64,000 nt of DNA from contig CAYJVR010000001.1 in NCBI GenBank assembly GCA_964373715.1, forward strand, positions 85,164-149,163, given 5' to 3'. Positions 38,912 to 51,923 of this stretch are shown here, piece after piece. Each line of letters starts with the position of its first letter. Within the stretch, counting starts at the first letter, position 1. Position numbers and translations under genes: made by a program. The DNA comes from an uncultured Planctomycetia bacterium (GTDB taxonomy: Bacteria > Omnitrophota > Gorgyraeia > 1-14-0-20-64-10). The notes beneath the pieces are model-generated. The model was given only the letters and a program-made list of their open reading frames with translations, was not told the origin of the DNA and did not search any database.

Positions 38912-41900
38912 ATGAGTGAAAAAACGAGAGAACTTGATCTTAGTCATCCGGAAGCCAGTAAAGAGCAGATAGAGCGGGCAGCCCGCGGGCTGGGTATTAT
39001 GTCTTCTGAGCCGGCGGTGCCGGAGGTGACGGTTTTCGATGCCATCTCGATCCGCATCGCTTCTCCGGAGGTAATCCATAGTTGGTCTAAGGGAGAGGTG
39101 AAGAAGCCTGAAACGATCAACTACCGTACCCTCAAGCCGGAAAAAGACGGGCTCTTCTGCGAGAGGATCTTCGGACCCACAAAGGATTGGGAATGCAACT
39201 GCGGCAAATACAAGCGGATCAAGCACAAGGGGATCGTTTGCGATCGCTGCGGTGTTGAGGTGACCCGTTCCAGCGTCCGCCGCGAGCGGATGGGCCATAT
39301 TGAGTTGGCCGCGCCTGTTACTCATATCTGGTTCTTTAAGGCAATCCCGAGCCGTTTGGGGACGATGATTGACATGAATCTCCGGGATCTGGAGAGGGTG
39401 ATCTATTACGAGGAATATGTCGTTGTTGATCCCGGAGACACCTCTTTGCGCAAGAAGGAGTTGCTTTCCGAGGAACGGTACCAAGAGGCGTTGAAGAAAT
39501 TCGGGCACGGTTTCAAAGCGATGATGGGTGCCGACGCGGTGCGGGTTCTCTTAAAGGATCTCGATCTGGACAAGATTGTCGAGAAGGCCAAGCGGGATAT
39601 GAAGACGGCCAAGGGAGAGCAGGCGCAGAAGAAGCTGGTCAAGATTCTCAAGGTGGTGGACAGCTACCGGAAGTCGGGCAACAAGGCCGAGTGGATGGTT
39701 CTTAACGTTGTTCCGGTTATCCCGCCCGATTTGAGGCCGTTGGTCCCCCTGGATGGCGGCCGTTTTGCGACTTCCGATTTGAACGACCTTTATCGCAGGG
39801 TGATCAATCGGAACAACCGTTTGAAGAAACTGATTGAGCTTAAAGCGCCTGATGTTATCGTTCGTAACGAGAAGAGAATGCTTCAGGAGGCGGTGGACGC
39901 CCTGTTTGACAACGGCCGGCACGGAAGGCCCGTTCTTGGGGCCGGCAACCGGCCGCTGAAATCATTAGCCGATATGCTCAAGGGAAAACAGGGGCGGTTC
40001 CGGCAGAATCTGCTCGGCAAGCGCGTCGATTATTCCGGGCGTTCCGTCATTGTCATCGGTCCGGAACTCAAGCTGCATCAGTGCGGCCTTCCGAAGAAGA
40101 TGGCGCTGGAGCTCTTTGAGCCGTTTATCATTAAGAAGCTTCGCGAGCGCGGGTTTGTCCACACGATCAAGTCCGCCAAGAGGATGGTTGAACGGGCCCG
40201 GTTGGAGGTGTGGGATATCCTGGAAGAGGTTATCCGGGATCATCCGGTTCTTTTAAACCGTGCCCCAACGCTGCACCGGCTTGGTATCCAGGCTTTTGAG
40301 CCGATCCTTATCGAGGGTAAGGCCATTAAGATCCACCCGTTGGTTTGCACCGCGTTCAATGCGGATTTTGACGGAGACCAGATGGCGGTCCATATTCCTC
40401 TATCCATTGAGGCGCAGATGGAATCCCGCTTGCTCATGATGGCTACGAACAATATCTTTTCTCCGGCTAACGGCCAGCCGATTGTCACCCCGACGCAGGA
40501 TATCGTTCTCGGTTGTTCTTATCTGACGCGCGAACAGCCGAAGGCGAAAGGAACCGGTCTCTCTTTCGGTTCCCGTGACGAGGCGCTGCTTGCCTGCGAA
40601 GAGGACGAGGTGTCCCTCCATGCGAAGATTAAACTGTGGGAAAGCGGCAAGTGGATCGAAACCACGGTTGGGCGTATCCGCCTGAATGAGTTTTTGCCTC
40701 CCAGCATGGCGTTTGTCAACGAGACGATGGACAAGAATTCCTTGAGCGACGTGATCATCAAGGTCTACAAGATGTTTGGTCCTACCCAGACGATCGCGCT
40801 CTTGGACGATTTTAAGCGGCTCGGATTTGAGATGGCCACGCGGGGTGGTTTATCCATCAGTTTGGATAACCTCCAGATCCCGCGCGAAAAGGGCCGAATC
40901 ATCCAGGAGGCAAGGATGGAAGTGACCACTGTCGAAGATCAGTACCGCAAAGGGTTGATTACAGACGGCGAGCGCTACAACAAAGTCATTGATATTTGGA
41001 CCCACGCGACTGACAAGGTCACAGAGTTGATCTTCAAGGAGATGGATCCATTCAATCCCGTCTACCTGATGGCTGACTCCGGCGCGAGAGGTTCAAAACA
41101 GCAGATCCGCCAATTGGCCGGTATGCGCGGCCTCATGGCCAAGCCTTCGGGCGAGATCATTGAAAGGCCGATTACCGCGAACTTCCGCGAAGGGCTCACG
41201 GTGCTGGAATATTTTATATCGACCCACGGCGCCCGCAAAGGTCTGGCCGATACCGCCCTGAAAACAGCCGATTCCGGCTACCTGACGCGCCGCTTGGTGG
41301 ATGTGGCCCAGGACGTTTCGATTTCCGGGGATGACTGCGGTACTTTGAACGGCATCTTGATCGACGCGATTGTGGAGGGGGACGAGGTTGTGGTTCCTCT
41401 GAAGGAAAGAATCGTCGGGCGCGTGGCTTTAGATAACATCGCCGACATCATTACCGACACGATCATCGTCGAGGCCGGCAACGAGATCAATGAGGAAGTC
41501 GCGGACCGGATCGAGCAGGCCGGGATCGAGAAAATCCGGATCCGGTCGGTTCTGACCTGTGAGTCGGAGCGGGGTGTGTGCGCCCGTTGTTACGGGCGTA
41601 ATCTCGCCACCGGCCGGTTGGTCGATATGGGCGAGGCGGTGGGCATCATTGCTGCCCAGTCCATTGGCGAGCCGGGCACCCAGCTGACGATGAGAACGTT
41701 CCATATCGGAGGCACCGCTTTCCGGGTTGTTGAAACGTCTCAGATTAAGGCAAAGACCAAGGGTATTTTGAAGTTCCACAACGTCCGCGTTGTCCAGAAG
41801 GGCAAAGATTACGTTGTTTTGAACCGGAACGGGCAGATTTCGATCAACGATGAGGGCGGGCGCGAGCTGGAGCGATATGTCGTTCCTTCCGGCTCCATCT

Positions 41901-43042
41901 TCAAGCATGCTGAAGGAGAGAAGGTGTCCAAGGACGAGATCTTCGTCCGGTGGGACCCGTACACGGTTCCGATTCTCACGGAAGGCGCAGGGAAGGTCCG
42001 TTTCGAGGACCTCAAGGAAGGTGTCACCGTCCGCACCGATATCGACCCAACCACCGGCTTGCCGGACCGGATCGTCATGGATCACCGGGGAGATTTTCAT
42101 CCCCAGCTGGTGTTGGAGGATTCCCACGGCGAGGTGCTGGCGATGTATCCGATTCCGGCAGGTGCACACGTTGTTGTTAAAGACGGCCAGCGCGTGGAAG
42201 CGGGCGACCTCCTGGCTAAGACGCCGCGTGTTATGACTAAAACAAAAGACATTACCGGTGGTTTGCCGCGCGTGGCTGAGCTGTTTGAGGCGAGGCGGCC
42301 AAAGGATCCTGCAATCATCAGCGAAATTGACGGTGTTGTCGAGTTCGGCGAGGCGAAGAAGGGCCAGCGCCGGGTCATCATCAAGAGCCCGACCGGGATG
42401 AAAAAGGAGTATCTCATCCCGCACGGCAAGCACTTGAACATCTACAAGGGGGATTGGATTATCGCCGGCCAGCCGTTGATTGACGGGCCTGTCGTTCCGC
42501 AGGATATCCTCCGTATTGGAGGGGACAAGCGGCTGCAGGAGTATCTTGTCAACGAAATCCAGGAGGTTTACAGGCTCCAGGGAGTCCGGATCAACGATAA
42601 GCATATTGAGGTGATTGTTCGCCAGATGCTGCGCAAGGTCCGCATTGATGACGCGGGCGATACGGAATTCCTTGTGGGCAGCCAGGTGGACAAGTGGCGT
42701 TTCCAGCAGGAGAACGAGAGAGTGGCTAAGAGGGGCAGCAAGCCTGCCTCCGCGACCCAGTTGCTTTTAGGAATCACTAAGGCCTCCCTATCCACCGAGA
42801 GTTTCATTTCTGCGGCCAGTTTCCAGGAAACGACGCGCGTGTTGACCGAGGCGGCCGCCGCGGGCAAAACGGATAACCTGGTTGGTTTGAAAGAGAACGT
42901 AATCATGGGACACCTGGTCCCTGTCGGGACAGGTTCTTTAGTCCATCGGGAAATTGATATTGTCAAGGTGGCGCCGGATTTGTCCAAGGTGTTTGCCGAA
43001 ACTTCCGAAGAAGAAAAAGAAGAGAAGAAGGAGTCAGAGTAA
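38912..43042 (+). CDS. rpoC: DNA-directed RNA polymerase subunit beta'
   Basis: The protein is 1376 aa. The zinc-binding Cys cluster is present ([23 protein letters not shown]). The catalytic NADFDGD motif is present. Confidence 0.97.
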   Translation: MSEKTRELDLSHPEASKEQIERAARGLGIMSSEPAVPEVTVFDAISIRIASPEVIHSWSKGEVKKPETINYRTLKPEKDGLFCERIFGPTKDWECNCGKYKRIKHKGIVCDRCGVEVTRSSVRRERMGHIELAAPVTHIWFFKAIPSRLGTMIDMNLRDLERVIYYEEYVVVDPGDTSLRKKELLSEERYQEALKKFGHGFKAMMGADAVRVLLKDLDLDKIVEKAKRDMKTAKGEQAQKKLVKILKVVDSYRKSGNKAEWMVLNVVPVIPPDLRPLVPLDGGRFATSDLNDLYRRVINRNNRLKKLIELKAPDVIVRNEKRMLQEAVDALFDNGRHGRPVLGAGNRPLKSLADMLKGKQGRFRQNLLGKRVDYSGRSVIVIGPELKLHQCGLPKKMALELFEPFIIKKLRERGFVHTIKSAKRMVERARLEVWDILEEVIRDHPVLLNRAPTLHRLGIQAFEPILIEGKAIKIHPLVCTAFNADFDGDQMAVHIPLSIEAQMESRLLMMATNNIFSPANGQPIVTPTQDIVLGCSYLTREQPKAKGTGLSFGSRDEALLACEEDEVSLHAKIKLWESGKWIETTVGRIRLNEFLPPSMAFVNETMDKNSLSDVIIKVYKMFGPTQTIALLDDFKRLGFEMATRGGLSISLDNLQIPREKGRIIQEARMEVTTVEDQYRKGLITDGERYNKVIDIWTHATDKVTELIFKEMDPFNPVYLMADSGARGSKQQIRQLAGMRGLMAKPSGEIIERPITANFREGLTVLEYFISTHGARKGLADTALKTADSGYLTRRLVDVAQDVSISGDDCGTLNGILIDAIVEGDEVVVPLKERIVGRVALDNIADIITDTIIVEAGNEINEEVADRIEQAGIEKIRIRSVLTCESERGVCARCYGRNLATGRLVDMGEAVGIIAAQSIGEPGTQLTMRTFHIGGTAFRVVETSQIKAKTKGILKFHNVRVVQKGKDYVVLNRNGQISINDEGGRELERYVVPSGSIFKHAEGEKVSKDEIFVRWDPYTVPILTEGAGKVRFEDLKEGVTVRTDIDPTTGLPDRIVMDHRGDFHPQLVLEDSHGEVLAMYPIPAGAHVVVKDGQRVEAGDLLAKTPRVMTKTKDITGGLPRVAELFEARRPKDPAIISEIDGVVEFGEAKKGQRRVIIKSPTGMKKEYLIPHGKHLNIYKGDWIIAGQPLIDGPVVPQDILRIGGDKRLQEYLVNEIQEVYRLQGVRINDKHIEVIVRQMLRKVRIDDAGDTEFLVGSQVDKWRFQQENERVAKRGSKPASATQLLLGITKASLSTESFISAASFQETTRVLTEAAAAGKTDNLVGLKENVIMGHLVPVGTGSLVHREIDIVKVAPDLSKVFAETSEEEKEEKKESE

Positions 43043-43048
43043 AGGATT

Positions 43049-43426
43049 ATGTGCCCGACGATTGCTCAGCTTATCCGGAAAGGGCGGAAGGACAGAACAA
43101 AGAGGTCTAAATCGCCCGCACTGGAATCTCGCCCCCAGGTGCGCGGAGTATGCGTTCAGGTCAGGACCATGACACCGAAAAAACCGAATTCAGCGTTGCG
43201 GAAGATCGCGCGTGTTCGGTTGACAAACAAGACAGAGGTCACCGCTTACATCCCGGGGGAAGGCCATAATCTTCAGGAGCACTCGATTGTTTTGGTGCGC
43301 GGAGGGCGTGTGAAGGATTTGCCCGGTGTGCGTTATCACATCGTCCGCGGGACCTTAGACGCGGCGGGTGTGAACAATCGCCGCAAGTCCCGGTCTAAAT
43401 ATGGAGCGAAGAGGCCAAAGGAATGA
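43049..43426 (+). CDS. rpsL: 30S ribosomal protein S12
   Basis: The sequence [16 protein letters not shown] is present. There is an unusual Cys at position 2. Confidence 0.95.
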   Translation: MCPTIAQLIRKGRKDRTKRSKSPALESRPQVRGVCVQVRTMTPKKPNSALRKIARVRLTNKTEVTAYIPGEGHNLQEHSIVLVRGGRVKDLPGVRYHIVRGTLDAAGVNNRRKSRSKYGAKRPKE

Positions 43427-43893
43427 GAAGGCGACGTATTGATAAAAGGCAAGGTGCTTCGGACGCGAAGTTCGGGTCCAGACCACTTCAGAAGTTCATC
43501 AACATGACCATGGTGGCCGGCAAGAAGTCTCTTGCCGAGAAGATCGTTTACGAAGCGATCACCATTGCAAGCACGAAGCTGAACATCGCTAATGGTTTGG
43601 ATATTTTTGTTAAAGCGATAGAGAATGCCCGTCCTCATGTGGAGGTCAAGTCCCGGCGCGTCGGCGGCGCCACCTATCAGGTCCCGGTCGAGGTTCGCCA
43701 GGACAGAGGGGCGTTTTTGGCGATGCGTTGGCTTCGTGATTTCGCGCGCTCCCGGACCGGCAAACCAATGAAGGACCGGCTGGCGGAGGAAATTGTCGCC
43801 GCTTACCAAGGGCAGGGATCAGCTGTGAAGAGGAAAGAAGAGATGCACCGCAGTGCCGAAGCCAACAAGGCCTTCAGCCACTATCGCTGGTAA
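43423..43893 (+). CDS. rpsG: 30S ribosomal protein S7
   Basis: The protein is 156 aa. The motif [13 protein letters not shown] is present. Confidence 0.95.
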   Translation: MRRRRIDKRQGASDAKFGSRPLQKFINMTMVAGKKSLAEKIVYEAITIASTKLNIANGLDIFVKAIENARPHVEVKSRRVGGATYQVPVEVRQDRGAFLAMRWLRDFARSRTGKPMKDRLAEEIVAAYQGQGSAVKRKEEMHRSAEANKAFSHYRW

Positions 43894-43939
43894 CCATGGT
43901 TTGTTTAAGAGCGACTGATTCATATTATTTAGGATTTCA

Positions 43940-46039
43940 ATGACATCGTATCCGTTAGAAAAAACAAGGAACTTCGGGATCATCGCCCATATTGACGCTG
44001 GTAAAACGACGACCAGCGAGCGGATCCTCTTTTACACGGGCCGGCTTCATAAAATCGGCAACGTGGACGATGGGAACACGGCGATGGACTGGATGGTCCA
44101 AGAGCAGGAGCGCGGGATCACGATCACCTCCGCCTGCACCACTGCTTTCTGGCGCGATCACCGGATGAACCTGATTGACACTCCTGGCCACGTTGATTTC
44201 ACGATCGAGGTGGAGCGCAGCCTCAAGGTTCTGGACGGCTGTGTTGTTGTTTTTGATTCTGTGGCGGGTGTCGAGCCGCAGTCCGAAACGGTGTGGCGCC
44301 AGGCCGACCGTTACGGCGTTCCGCGGATGTGTTACATCAACAAGATGGACCGCACCGGCGCCGATTTCTACGAGACATTGCGCCAGATCAAGGACAGGCT
44401 CGGAGCCGTGCCGGTTACTCTACAGCTTCCAAACGGCAAGGAAGCCGATTTTAAAGGGCCGATTGATCTCTTGAAAATGAAGGCGATCGTCTATCTCGAT
44501 GCCGAGGGGATGCAGTTTGAGGAGCAGCCGATTCCTGCGGGGCTTGAGGCGGACGCGAAGGAGTGGCGCGCCAAAATGCTCGAGCGGATCGCTGAAGCGG
44601 ATGAAAAGCTCATGGAGCATTTTATTCATGAAACAATGGACAAGGTGACCGTTGAGGAGCTGAAAGCGGCGATCCGCCGGGGCACCGTCGCGGGCAAGAT
44701 CGTCCCCATTCTCTGCGGTTCGTCGTTCCGCAATAAGGGTGTGCAGCCGCTGCTCGATGCCATTGTGGATTATCTTCCTTCGCCGCTGGATATTCCGCCG
44801 ATAAAAGGGGTCAATCCGAAGACCGAGCAGGAAGAGGCCCGCGAGACTTCGCCGACCGCGCCGTTCTGCGCGCTGGCGTTTAAGAACATGAGCGACCCGT
44901 TTGTCGGAAAGTTGACCTTCTTCCGCGTTTACTCTGGCACCTTGAAGGCCGGTTCTTACGTTTACAACATCAATAAGGACAAGAATGAGCGGGTCGGAAA
45001 GATTGTCCGGATGCACGCCAACAAGCAGGAAATCGTTGATGAGGTTTCCGCGGGCGACATCGCGGCCGCCGTCGGTTTGAAAGAAACCAAGACCGGAGAA
45101 ACGATCTGCGACCCGAACAAGCCGATCCGGCTGGAGGCCATGGCGTTTCCCGAGCCCGTGGTATCGCTGGCCATCGAGGTGGAAAGCAAGATGGACCAGG
45201 AGAAACTCAGCCAGGCTTTAAACCGGCTTCAGGATGAGGACCCCTCGTTCCGCGTTTCGTATAACTCGGAGACCGCACAGACGATCATCGCCGGCATGGG
45301 GGAGCTCCACTTGGACGTGCTTCTGGACCGGATGAAGCGGGAGTTCAAGGTCAACACCAAGGTCGGTCCGCCGCAGGTGGCTTACAAGGAGACGATCCGG
45401 AAGAAAAACGAGGCGGTGGGCAAGTTTATCCACCAGTCCGGCGGCCGAGGCCAGTACGGCCATGTCGTTTTCATGATGGAACCCGGAGAGAGAGGTTCGG
45501 GGGTCCAGTTTGTGAGCAAGGTCGTTGGCGGCTCCATCCCGAAGGAGTTTATTAATCCCGCGAGGGATGGTGCGCTGGAGGCGGCCCGCAACGGTGTTAT
45601 TGCCGGCTACCCTGTGATTGACGTGATCATCACGCTGATCGATGGTTCATACCATGATGTGGATTCGTCCGAGATGGCGTTCAAGATGGCCGGTTCGATT
45701 TGTTTCCAGGCGGGTATCCGCGGCGGTTCGCCTATTTTGCTGGAGCCGGTCATGAAGCTGGAAGTGATCACCCCCGACGACTATCTGGGGGAGGTTGTTG
45801 GCGATCTCAACAAACGCCGGTGCCGGATCAGTGAAATGGGACAAAGGGCGAATGTTCGCGTGATCCACGGAGAGGTTCCTCTGGCGGAGATGTTCGGGTA
45901 TGCAACAGTTGTTCGCAGTTTGACGCAGGGGCGCGGTTCTTTCACGATGGAGCCGTTTGCTTATCAAGAAATCTCGGCTCAGATTGCGGAAAAGGTCATG
46001 AAGGGCAGAGAAGCGACTGCTCAAAGAGCCACTAAATGA
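43940..46039 (+). CDS. fusA: elongation factor G
   Basis: The motifs [10 protein letters not shown] and DTPGHVDF are present. The protein is 699 aa. Confidence 0.97.
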   Translation: MTSYPLEKTRNFGIIAHIDAGKTTTSERILFYTGRLHKIGNVDDGNTAMDWMVQEQERGITITSACTTAFWRDHRMNLIDTPGHVDFTIEVERSLKVLDGCVVVFDSVAGVEPQSETVWRQADRYGVPRMCYINKMDRTGADFYETLRQIKDRLGAVPVTLQLPNGKEADFKGPIDLLKMKAIVYLDAEGMQFEEQPIPAGLEADAKEWRAKMLERIAEADEKLMEHFIHETMDKVTVEELKAAIRRGTVAGKIVPILCGSSFRNKGVQPLLDAIVDYLPSPLDIPPIKGVNPKTEQEEARETSPTAPFCALAFKNMSDPFVGKLTFFRVYSGTLKAGSYVYNINKDKNERVGKIVRMHANKQEIVDEVSAGDIAAAVGLKETKTGETICDPNKPIRLEAMAFPEPVVSLAIEVESKMDQEKLSQALNRLQDEDPSFRVSYNSETAQTIIAGMGELHLDVLLDRMKREFKVNTKVGPPQVAYKETIRKKNEAVGKFIHQSGGRGQYGHVVFMMEPGERGSGVQFVSKVVGGSIPKEFINPARDGALEAARNGVIAGYPVIDVIITLIDGSYHDVDSSEMAFKMAGSICFQAGIRGGSPILLEPVMKLEVITPDDYLGEVVGDLNKRRCRISEMGQRANVRVIHGEVPLAEMFGYATVVRSLTQGRGSFTMEPFAYQEISAQIAEKVMKGREATAQRATK

Positions 46040-46046
46040 GGCAACT

Positions 46047-46355
46047 ATGTCAGAGCAAAGAAAAATTCGGATTAAATTAAAAGCGTACGATCACCGGTTG
46101 CTGGATCAGTCAACCGCGGAGATCGTTGAATCAGCGCGCCGGACCGGTGCTGAAGTGGCGGGTCCGGTTCCCCTGCCGACGAAGAGGGAGGTCTACACGG
46201 TATTGCGCTCGCCTCATGTTGATAAGAAATCGCGGGAGCAGTTCCAGTTAAAGACCCATAAGCGGTTGATGGATATTTTAAATCCAACTTCTAAAACAAT
46301 TGATGCCCTGCGGAAGCTTGATCTTCCCGCGGGAGTAGACGTCGAAATCCAATAA
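46047..46355 (+). CDS. rpsJ: 30S ribosomal protein S10
   Basis: The protein is 102 aa. The sequence [16 protein letters not shown] is present. Confidence 0.95.
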   Translation: MSEQRKIRIKLKAYDHRLLDQSTAEIVESARRTGAEVAGPVPLPTKREVYTVLRSPHVDKKSREQFQLKTHKRLMDILNPTSKTIDALRKLDLPAGVDVEIQ

Positions 46356-46367
46356 GGCAATAAGGCC

Positions 46368-47114
46368 ATGAAACCGGGAATTGGTTTGATAGGTAGGAAA
46401 CTGGGCACGACCCAGGTTTTTCGAGAGAACGGGCATTCGGTGCCGGTCAGTGTCCTCGAGGCGGGGCCCTGCACCGTTGTGCAGGCGAAGACCGCCGAAA
46501 AGGACGGCTACCGGGCCGTCCAGCTTGGATTCGGGGAAGCCGATCCCAAGAAGCTGACAAAGGCTTTGCAGGGAAGGTTCACGAAGGCGAACGTTGCTCC
46601 TCAGCAGGTCTTGAGGGAATTTCGGATTCCGCTGGACCAGAATTTTGAGGTTGGGGCGACCGTCTCGGTGGGACTCTTCAAAGCGGGTGACCGTGTGGAT
46701 GTCACCGGAATCTCGATCGGAAAGGGATTCCAGGGTGGTATGAAACGGTGGCATTGGCAGGGGGGTAAGGAGACCCACGGTTCGATGACCCACAGGAGGC
46801 CTGGTTCGATCGGATCAAGCACGACGCCTGGCCGTGTTTATAAGGGGCATCATTTGCCGGGCCGCATGGGCGGACGCCGGATTACCGTGCAGGCACTGGA
46901 AGTTGTCCGCGTGGATGCGGAGAAAAATATTTTGCTGGTCAGGGGCTCTGTTCCCGGATATGACAGCGCGGTTGTTTTAATCCGGAAATCCCGAAAGCCG
47001 CCAAAGCTTTATTTGGCTGTTCAGCCGGCCAAGAAAAAATCGGCTGCTGCCGCTCCGAAGAGCGGGGCGCAGTCTAAAGCGCCGCCTGCGGCGAAGGCTG
47101 GAGGTAAGAAATAA
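46368..47114 (+). CDS. rplC: 50S ribosomal protein L3 (with Ala/Lys-rich C-terminal extension)
   Basis: The protein is 248 aa. Its tail reads QPAKKKSAAAAPKSGAQSKAPPAAKAGGKK. Confidence 0.95.
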   Translation: MKPGIGLIGRKLGTTQVFRENGHSVPVSVLEAGPCTVVQAKTAEKDGYRAVQLGFGEADPKKLTKALQGRFTKANVAPQQVLREFRIPLDQNFEVGATVSVGLFKAGDRVDVTGISIGKGFQGGMKRWHWQGGKETHGSMTHRRPGSIGSSTTPGRVYKGHHLPGRMGGRRITVQALEVVRVDAEKNILLVRGSVPGYDSAVVLIRKSRKPPKLYLAVQPAKKKSAAAAPKSGAQSKAPPAAKAGGKK

Positions 47115-47734
47115 TGGCGTCTATTCAGCTTCATAATCTTGAAGGGAAAGTTGTCGGCGATCTAGAAGTGCCGGCCGTTTTTGAAGGTCCTGTAAGCCGA
47201 GAGCTTCTGTGGCAGGTGGTGAACATGCATCTGGCGAACCAGAGGCAGGGAACCGCCGAGACGAAGACGAGGGGACAGGTCAGCGGAGGCGGCAAGAAGC
47301 CGTGGGCGCAGAAACATACCGGGCGCGCGCGCCACGGCACGACCCGTTCTCCGATTTGGAGGAAGGGAGGAGTTACTTTTGGCCCTCATCCGAGAGAGTA
47401 CCGGTACGATCTTCCCGCTCAGGTCCGCCGCAAGGCTCTTTTGAGCAGTCTTCGCGCTAAGGTGGCCGATAACGCGGTAGTGGCCGTGGAGTCGCTCAAC
47501 GGGATTACCCCGAAGACGAAGGTTTTGTCCGATCTATTGATAAAGATGAAGGCGCAAGAGGGAGCACTGGTGGTTGTTGATCAGCCGAGTTCGGTCTTGG
47601 CCCGCATTTCGAGGAACATTCCCCGCGTTGCCGTCAAGCCGGCGTCTGATCTGAACTGTTATGATGTGCTGTCTCACGCGCGGCTTGTTGTCACGGCCGA
47701 CGGTTTGAAGAAGCTGGAAGGGGCTGTGAAATGA
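47114..47734 (+). CDS. rplD: 50S ribosomal protein L4
   Basis: The protein is 206 aa and has a Gly/Lys-rich loop. Confidence 0.95.
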   Translation: MASIQLHNLEGKVVGDLEVPAVFEGPVSRELLWQVVNMHLANQRQGTAETKTRGQVSGGGKKPWAQKHTGRARHGTTRSPIWRKGGVTFGPHPREYRYDLPAQVRRKALLSSLRAKVADNAVVAVESLNGITPKTKVLSDLLIKMKAQEGALVVVDQPSSVLARISRNIPRVAVKPASDLNCYDVLSHARLVVTADGLKKLEGAVK

Positions 47735-48014
47735 ACCGGCATCCTGCAGACGTCATTAAAAAGCTCATGAGGACCGAAAAGGGCTCGGGGCTTGTAGCCC
47801 AAAGGAAATATTTCTTCGCGGTGGATGTAAAGTCCACGAAGCCCCAGATAAAAAGGGCTGTCGAGGAACTTTTCAAAGTTAAAGTGGCTCAGGTGAACAC
47901 CGCGGTTGTGGCGGGCAAGCCGCGCCGCGTTCGGTACCGCTGGGGATATCAGCCGAATTGGAAGAGGGCGGTCGTGACCTTGGGCGAAGGTTCAAAGATT
48001 GAGGTGGCCAACTA

Positions 48015-48015
<1 letters not shown>
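47731..48015 (+). CDS. rplW: 50S ribosomal protein L23
   Basis: The protein is 94 aa. Confidence 0.93.
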
Positions 48016-48842
<827 letters not shown>

Positions 48843-48846
48843 GACT

Positions 48847-49134
48847 ATGGGACGATCTGCAAAAAAGGGTCCCTTTGTGGACCAGAAACTGATGGAAAAG
48901 ATTGTGAAGCAGGGCAAGGGCGGCGATCGCAAGCCGGTGAAGACCTGGTCCCGGCGTTCGACGATTCCGCCGGAGTTTGTCGGTTATACCTTTTTGGTGC
49001 ACAACGGGAATAAGTTTCTCCCCGTTTTTGTCACGGAGAACATGGTCGGGCATAAACTGGGAGAGTTTTCCATAACGCGAACTTTTAAGAAGCACGGCGT
49101 CAAGGGTGTGACGAAGCCGCCTTCGCCGACGTAA
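48847..49134 (+). CDS. rpsS: 30S ribosomal protein S19
   Basis: The protein is 95 aa. The sequence [11 protein letters not shown] is present. Confidence 0.95.
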   Translation: MGRSAKKGPFVDQKLMEKIVKQGKGGDRKPVKTWSRRSTIPPEFVGYTFLVHNGNKFLPVFVTENMVGHKLGEFSITRTFKKHGVKGVTKPPSPT

Positions 49135-49191
49135 ACTTCCGGTAAATTTGACCCAAACCGTTTCTTATCAGAACTGGGGATTTAATTTCAC

Positions 49192-49536
49192 ATGGTTTCA
49201 AAAGCGCAAGGACGATTTCTCCCGGTGGCTCCCCGGAAGATCCGACTGGTAGCCCGCTTGATCAGGGGACTCGATGTCCCCCGGGCGCAGGCTATTCTTG
49301 AACACATCCCGAAGGGTGCCGCCAAGCCGATTGCCAAGGTGTTTAAAAGCGCCGTCGCCAACGCAACAAAAAACGGCACATGGACAGAAGATCAGCTGAT
49401 GGTTTCGAAGGTGCTGGCTGATGGAGGTCCCTCGATGAAACGCCATCGCGCGGCCGCGATGGGAAGAGCGATGATGATTCAGAAGCGTTTTTCCCATTTG
49501 ACGATTGAGTTGGATGCTAAGAAAGGAAGAATCTGA
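49192..49536 (+). CDS. rplV: 50S ribosomal protein L22
   Basis: The protein is 114 aa. Confidence 0.93.
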   Translation: MVSKAQGRFLPVAPRKIRLVARLIRGLDVPRAQAILEHIPKGAAKPIAKVFKSAVANATKNGTWTEDQLMVSKVLADGGPSMKRHRAAAMGRAMMIQKRFSHLTIELDAKKGRI

Positions 49537-50249
49537 TGGGGCATAAAGTACCGCCGCTTGCCAATCGCCTCGGCATTATCAAAACCTGGAACTCCCGCTG
49601 GTTTTCCAAGAAACGTGATTTTGGCCGGCTGTTGCTGGAGGATGAAAAGGTCCGGTTGCACATTAAGAAGAGCCTGGCTAACGCGGCGATCTCAAAGGTG
49701 GAGATTGAGAGGACCCCGAGCAAAACCCGCGTGATCATTCACTCCGCCCGCCCGGGGATTATCATCGGCCGCAGAGGAGCGGACATTGACCGCCTTCGGG
49801 AAGAGCTTCACTCCTTAACGAAGAGAGAATTGGCCATTGACATTAAAGAGGTGAAGAACCCCGCGATCGATTCGCAGCTCATCTCAGAGAACGTTGCTTT
49901 CCAGTTGATGCGGCAGGTCAGCTTCCGCCGAGCCATGAAGCGGGCGGTCCAGATGGCGATGAATTCGGGTGCTAAGGGTGTTAAGGTTCGCTGTGCCGGC
50001 CGATTGGGTGGTGCTGAAATGTCCCGCGTTGAATCTTACCGCGATGGAAAGATCCCGCTCGGAACGTTCCGTGCGGACATTGAGTATGGTTTCTCGGAAG
50101 CCAGGACAACTTACGGCATCATTGGGGTCAAGTGCTGGATTTATAAGGAAGAGGTTAGTCAGTCCAAGCAGTCTTCGGGAACGGAACGGGCTGAGGCCGT
50201 ATCTTCCGCGGGACAGGGAATTCCGGCGGATAAGCCGGCGACAGCGTAA
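49536..50249 (+). CDS. rpsC: 30S ribosomal protein S3
   Basis: The protein is 237 aa. A KH domain is present. The sequence GHKVPPLANRLGI is present. Confidence 0.95.
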   Translation: MGHKVPPLANRLGIIKTWNSRWFSKKRDFGRLLLEDEKVRLHIKKSLANAAISKVEIERTPSKTRVIIHSARPGIIIGRRGADIDRLREELHSLTKRELAIDIKEVKNPAIDSQLISENVAFQLMRQVSFRRAMKRAVQMAMNSGAKGVKVRCAGRLGGAEMSRVESYRDGKIPLGTFRADIEYGFSEARTTYGIIGVKCWIYKEEVSQSKQSSGTERAEAVSSAGQGIPADKPATA

Positions 50250-50264
50250 AGGCGGATTAAGACC

Positions 50265-50690
50265 ATGGCATTGATGCCCAAGCGGGTTAAGTATCGTAAG
50301 TCTCAAAGGCGATCTAGAAAAGGTCCCGCTACCCGTGGATTCAGGATGAATTTTGGCGAGTACGGTTTACAGTCGCTGGAGAACGGCTGGATTACGAATA
50401 CCCAAATTGAGGCGGCACGTGTCGCTTTGACCCGGCATATCCGGCGTGGCGGCCGCGTCTATTTAAGGGTATTTCCGGATAAACCCGTGACGAAGAAGCC
50501 GGCTGAAACCCGCATGGGTAAGGGAAAAGGAATGCCCGAATTCTGGGTGGCCGTTATCCACCGGGGCAAAATTATGGTGGAGATGGAGGGTATTCCCGAG
50601 GAGTTAGCGAGAGCGGCCCTTCGTTTGGCCGCCGCTAAATTTCCTTTGCGCACCCGTTTTGTTTCTCGGGCAAAGATGTCGGGTTTTTAG
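50265..50690 (+). CDS. rplP: 50S ribosomal protein L16
   Basis: The protein is 141 aa. The sequence [11 protein letters not shown] is present. Confidence 0.95.
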   Translation: MALMPKRVKYRKSQRRSRKGPATRGFRMNFGEYGLQSLENGWITNTQIEAARVALTRHIRRGGRVYLRVFPDKPVTKKPAETRMGKGKGMPEFWVAVIHRGKIMVEMEGIPEELARAALRLAAAKFPLRTRFVSRAKMSGF

Positions 50691-50704
50691 AAAGGACTTC
50701 TCTT

Positions 50705-50935
50705 ATGAAGACTGCAGAATTAAGGTTGCTCACCAAAGAGGAGATCGCCCAAAAGGTTACCGGGTGGAAAAAAGGGTTGTTGGATCTCCGCCTGCAGGGG
50801 GCTGCCGGCAAGCTGGGTAAATCTCACCAGATTATGTTTGCCAAAAGAGATGTTGCCAAGGCACTGACCCTGCTGAAAGAGTTGGATCGGGAGGAGAGCA
50901 AAAAGGGTTCTCCTGCAGGTCAAAAGAAAGGCTGA
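50705..50935 (+). CDS. rpmC: 50S ribosomal protein L29
   Basis: The protein is 76 aa. Confidence 0.9.
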   Translation: MKTAELRLLTKEEIAQKVTGWKKGLLDLRLQGAAGKLGKSHQIMFAKRDVAKALTLLKELDREESKKGSPAGQKKG

Positions 50936-50943
50936 GTCGAACC

Positions 50944-51243
50944 ATGCCACGCAAGCAGCTGCTCGGAATTGTAGTGTCGGACCGGATGGCCAAGACCATC
51001 GTGGTTCAAGTGACGCGCGTTGTGAGCCATCCGGTTTACAGAAAAGTCATGCGTCGTTTTCGTAAATATAAGGTCCACGACCCGAACTCTCAGGCTCATG
51101 TGGGAGATCAGGTTCGGATTGAAGAAACGCGGCCGATTTCGAAGGACAAACACTGGCGTTTGGCGGAAGTCGTCGCGCGCGGTGTGGGCGAGGAGGCGGT
51201 TCGAAAGACCCGCGAGGCGAAGGAAGCGGAGGCCCTGTCATGA
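50944..51243 (+). CDS. rpsQ: 30S ribosomal protein S17
   Basis: The protein is 99 aa. The sequence [14 protein letters not shown] is present. Confidence 0.93.
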   Translation: MPRKQLLGIVVSDRMAKTIVVQVTRVVSHPVYRKVMRRFRKYKVHDPNSQAHVGDQVRIEETRPISKDKHWRLAEVVARGVGEEAVRKTREAKEAEALS

Positions 51244-51608
51244 TTCGGATGCGCTCGATTCTCGAGATTGCGGATAACACGGGTGTTAAGCGCGCTTCAA
51301 TGATTGGTGTGCTGCACGCTCACGGGAAGATGTGGGCGGAGGTGGGGGACGTCATCAAGGCGAACGTGAAGGAAACGACTCCGGATGCCATGATCAAAAA
51401 AGGGGAACTTGTCGAGGCTGTCGTGGTGAGGACGCGCCGGCAGATCCACCGGCCGGACGGCTCTTACATCCGGTTCGACAGCAATGCGATTGTCATTATT
51501 GATGAGAAGAAGAACCCCAGGGGAACGAGAATCTTCGGACCTGTCGCCCGCGAATTGAGGGACAAGCAGTTCACGAAGATTGTTTCTCTTGCTCCAGAGG
51601 CTATCTAA
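51240..51608 (+). CDS. rplN: 50S ribosomal protein L14
   Basis: The protein is 122 aa. The sequence [15 protein letters not shown] is present. Confidence 0.95.
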   Translation: MIRMRSILEIADNTGVKRASMIGVLHAHGKMWAEVGDVIKANVKETTPDAMIKKGELVEAVVVRTRRQIHRPDGSYIRFDSNAIVIIDEKKNPRGTRIFGPVARELRDKQFTKIVSLAPEAI

Positions 51609-51611
51609 GCA

Positions 51612-51923
51612 ATGTTTCGTGTTAAACGTAACGACCAGGTTGTGGTGATCGCCGGAAAAGACCGCGGAAAGAAGGGAAAGGTCCTCACTATCCAAACGGA
51701 GCGCCAGCGGGCGGTTGTTGAGGGTTTGAACCTTGTTAAAAGGCATATGCGGAAGTCCCAGAACGCCCCGCAAGGTTCGATTGTAAGCCGCGAGAATCCG
51801 ATCCCGTTGGATAGGCTTCTTCCGGTATGTCCGAAATGTAATCGCGGAGTCAAAGTTGGATTTAAGAAGGAGTCGGACGGCTCCAAAACCCGTATTTGTA
51901 GAAGTTGTGAGGAGAATTTCTGA
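51612..51923 (+). CDS. rplX: 50S ribosomal protein L24 (with C-terminal Cys4 zinc-ribbon-like tail)
   Basis: The KOW region VVVIAGKDRGKKGKV is present. The tail is CPKCNRGVKVGFKKESDGSKTRICRSCEENF. Confidence 0.92.
   Translation: MFRVKRNDQVVVIAGKDRGKKGKVLTIQTERQRAVVEGLNLVKRHMRKSQNAPQGSIVSRENPIPLDRLLPVCPKCNRGVKVGFKKESDGSKTRICRSCEENF

Noticed and set aside
41429-42604. 391-aa minus-strand ORF opposite rpoC (and similar ones at 35201..35962, 36284..37021, 37049..37852 opposite rpoB)
   Set aside because: These are antisense to essential RNA polymerase genes with no domain signatures. They are artefacts of GC-rich coding sequence.
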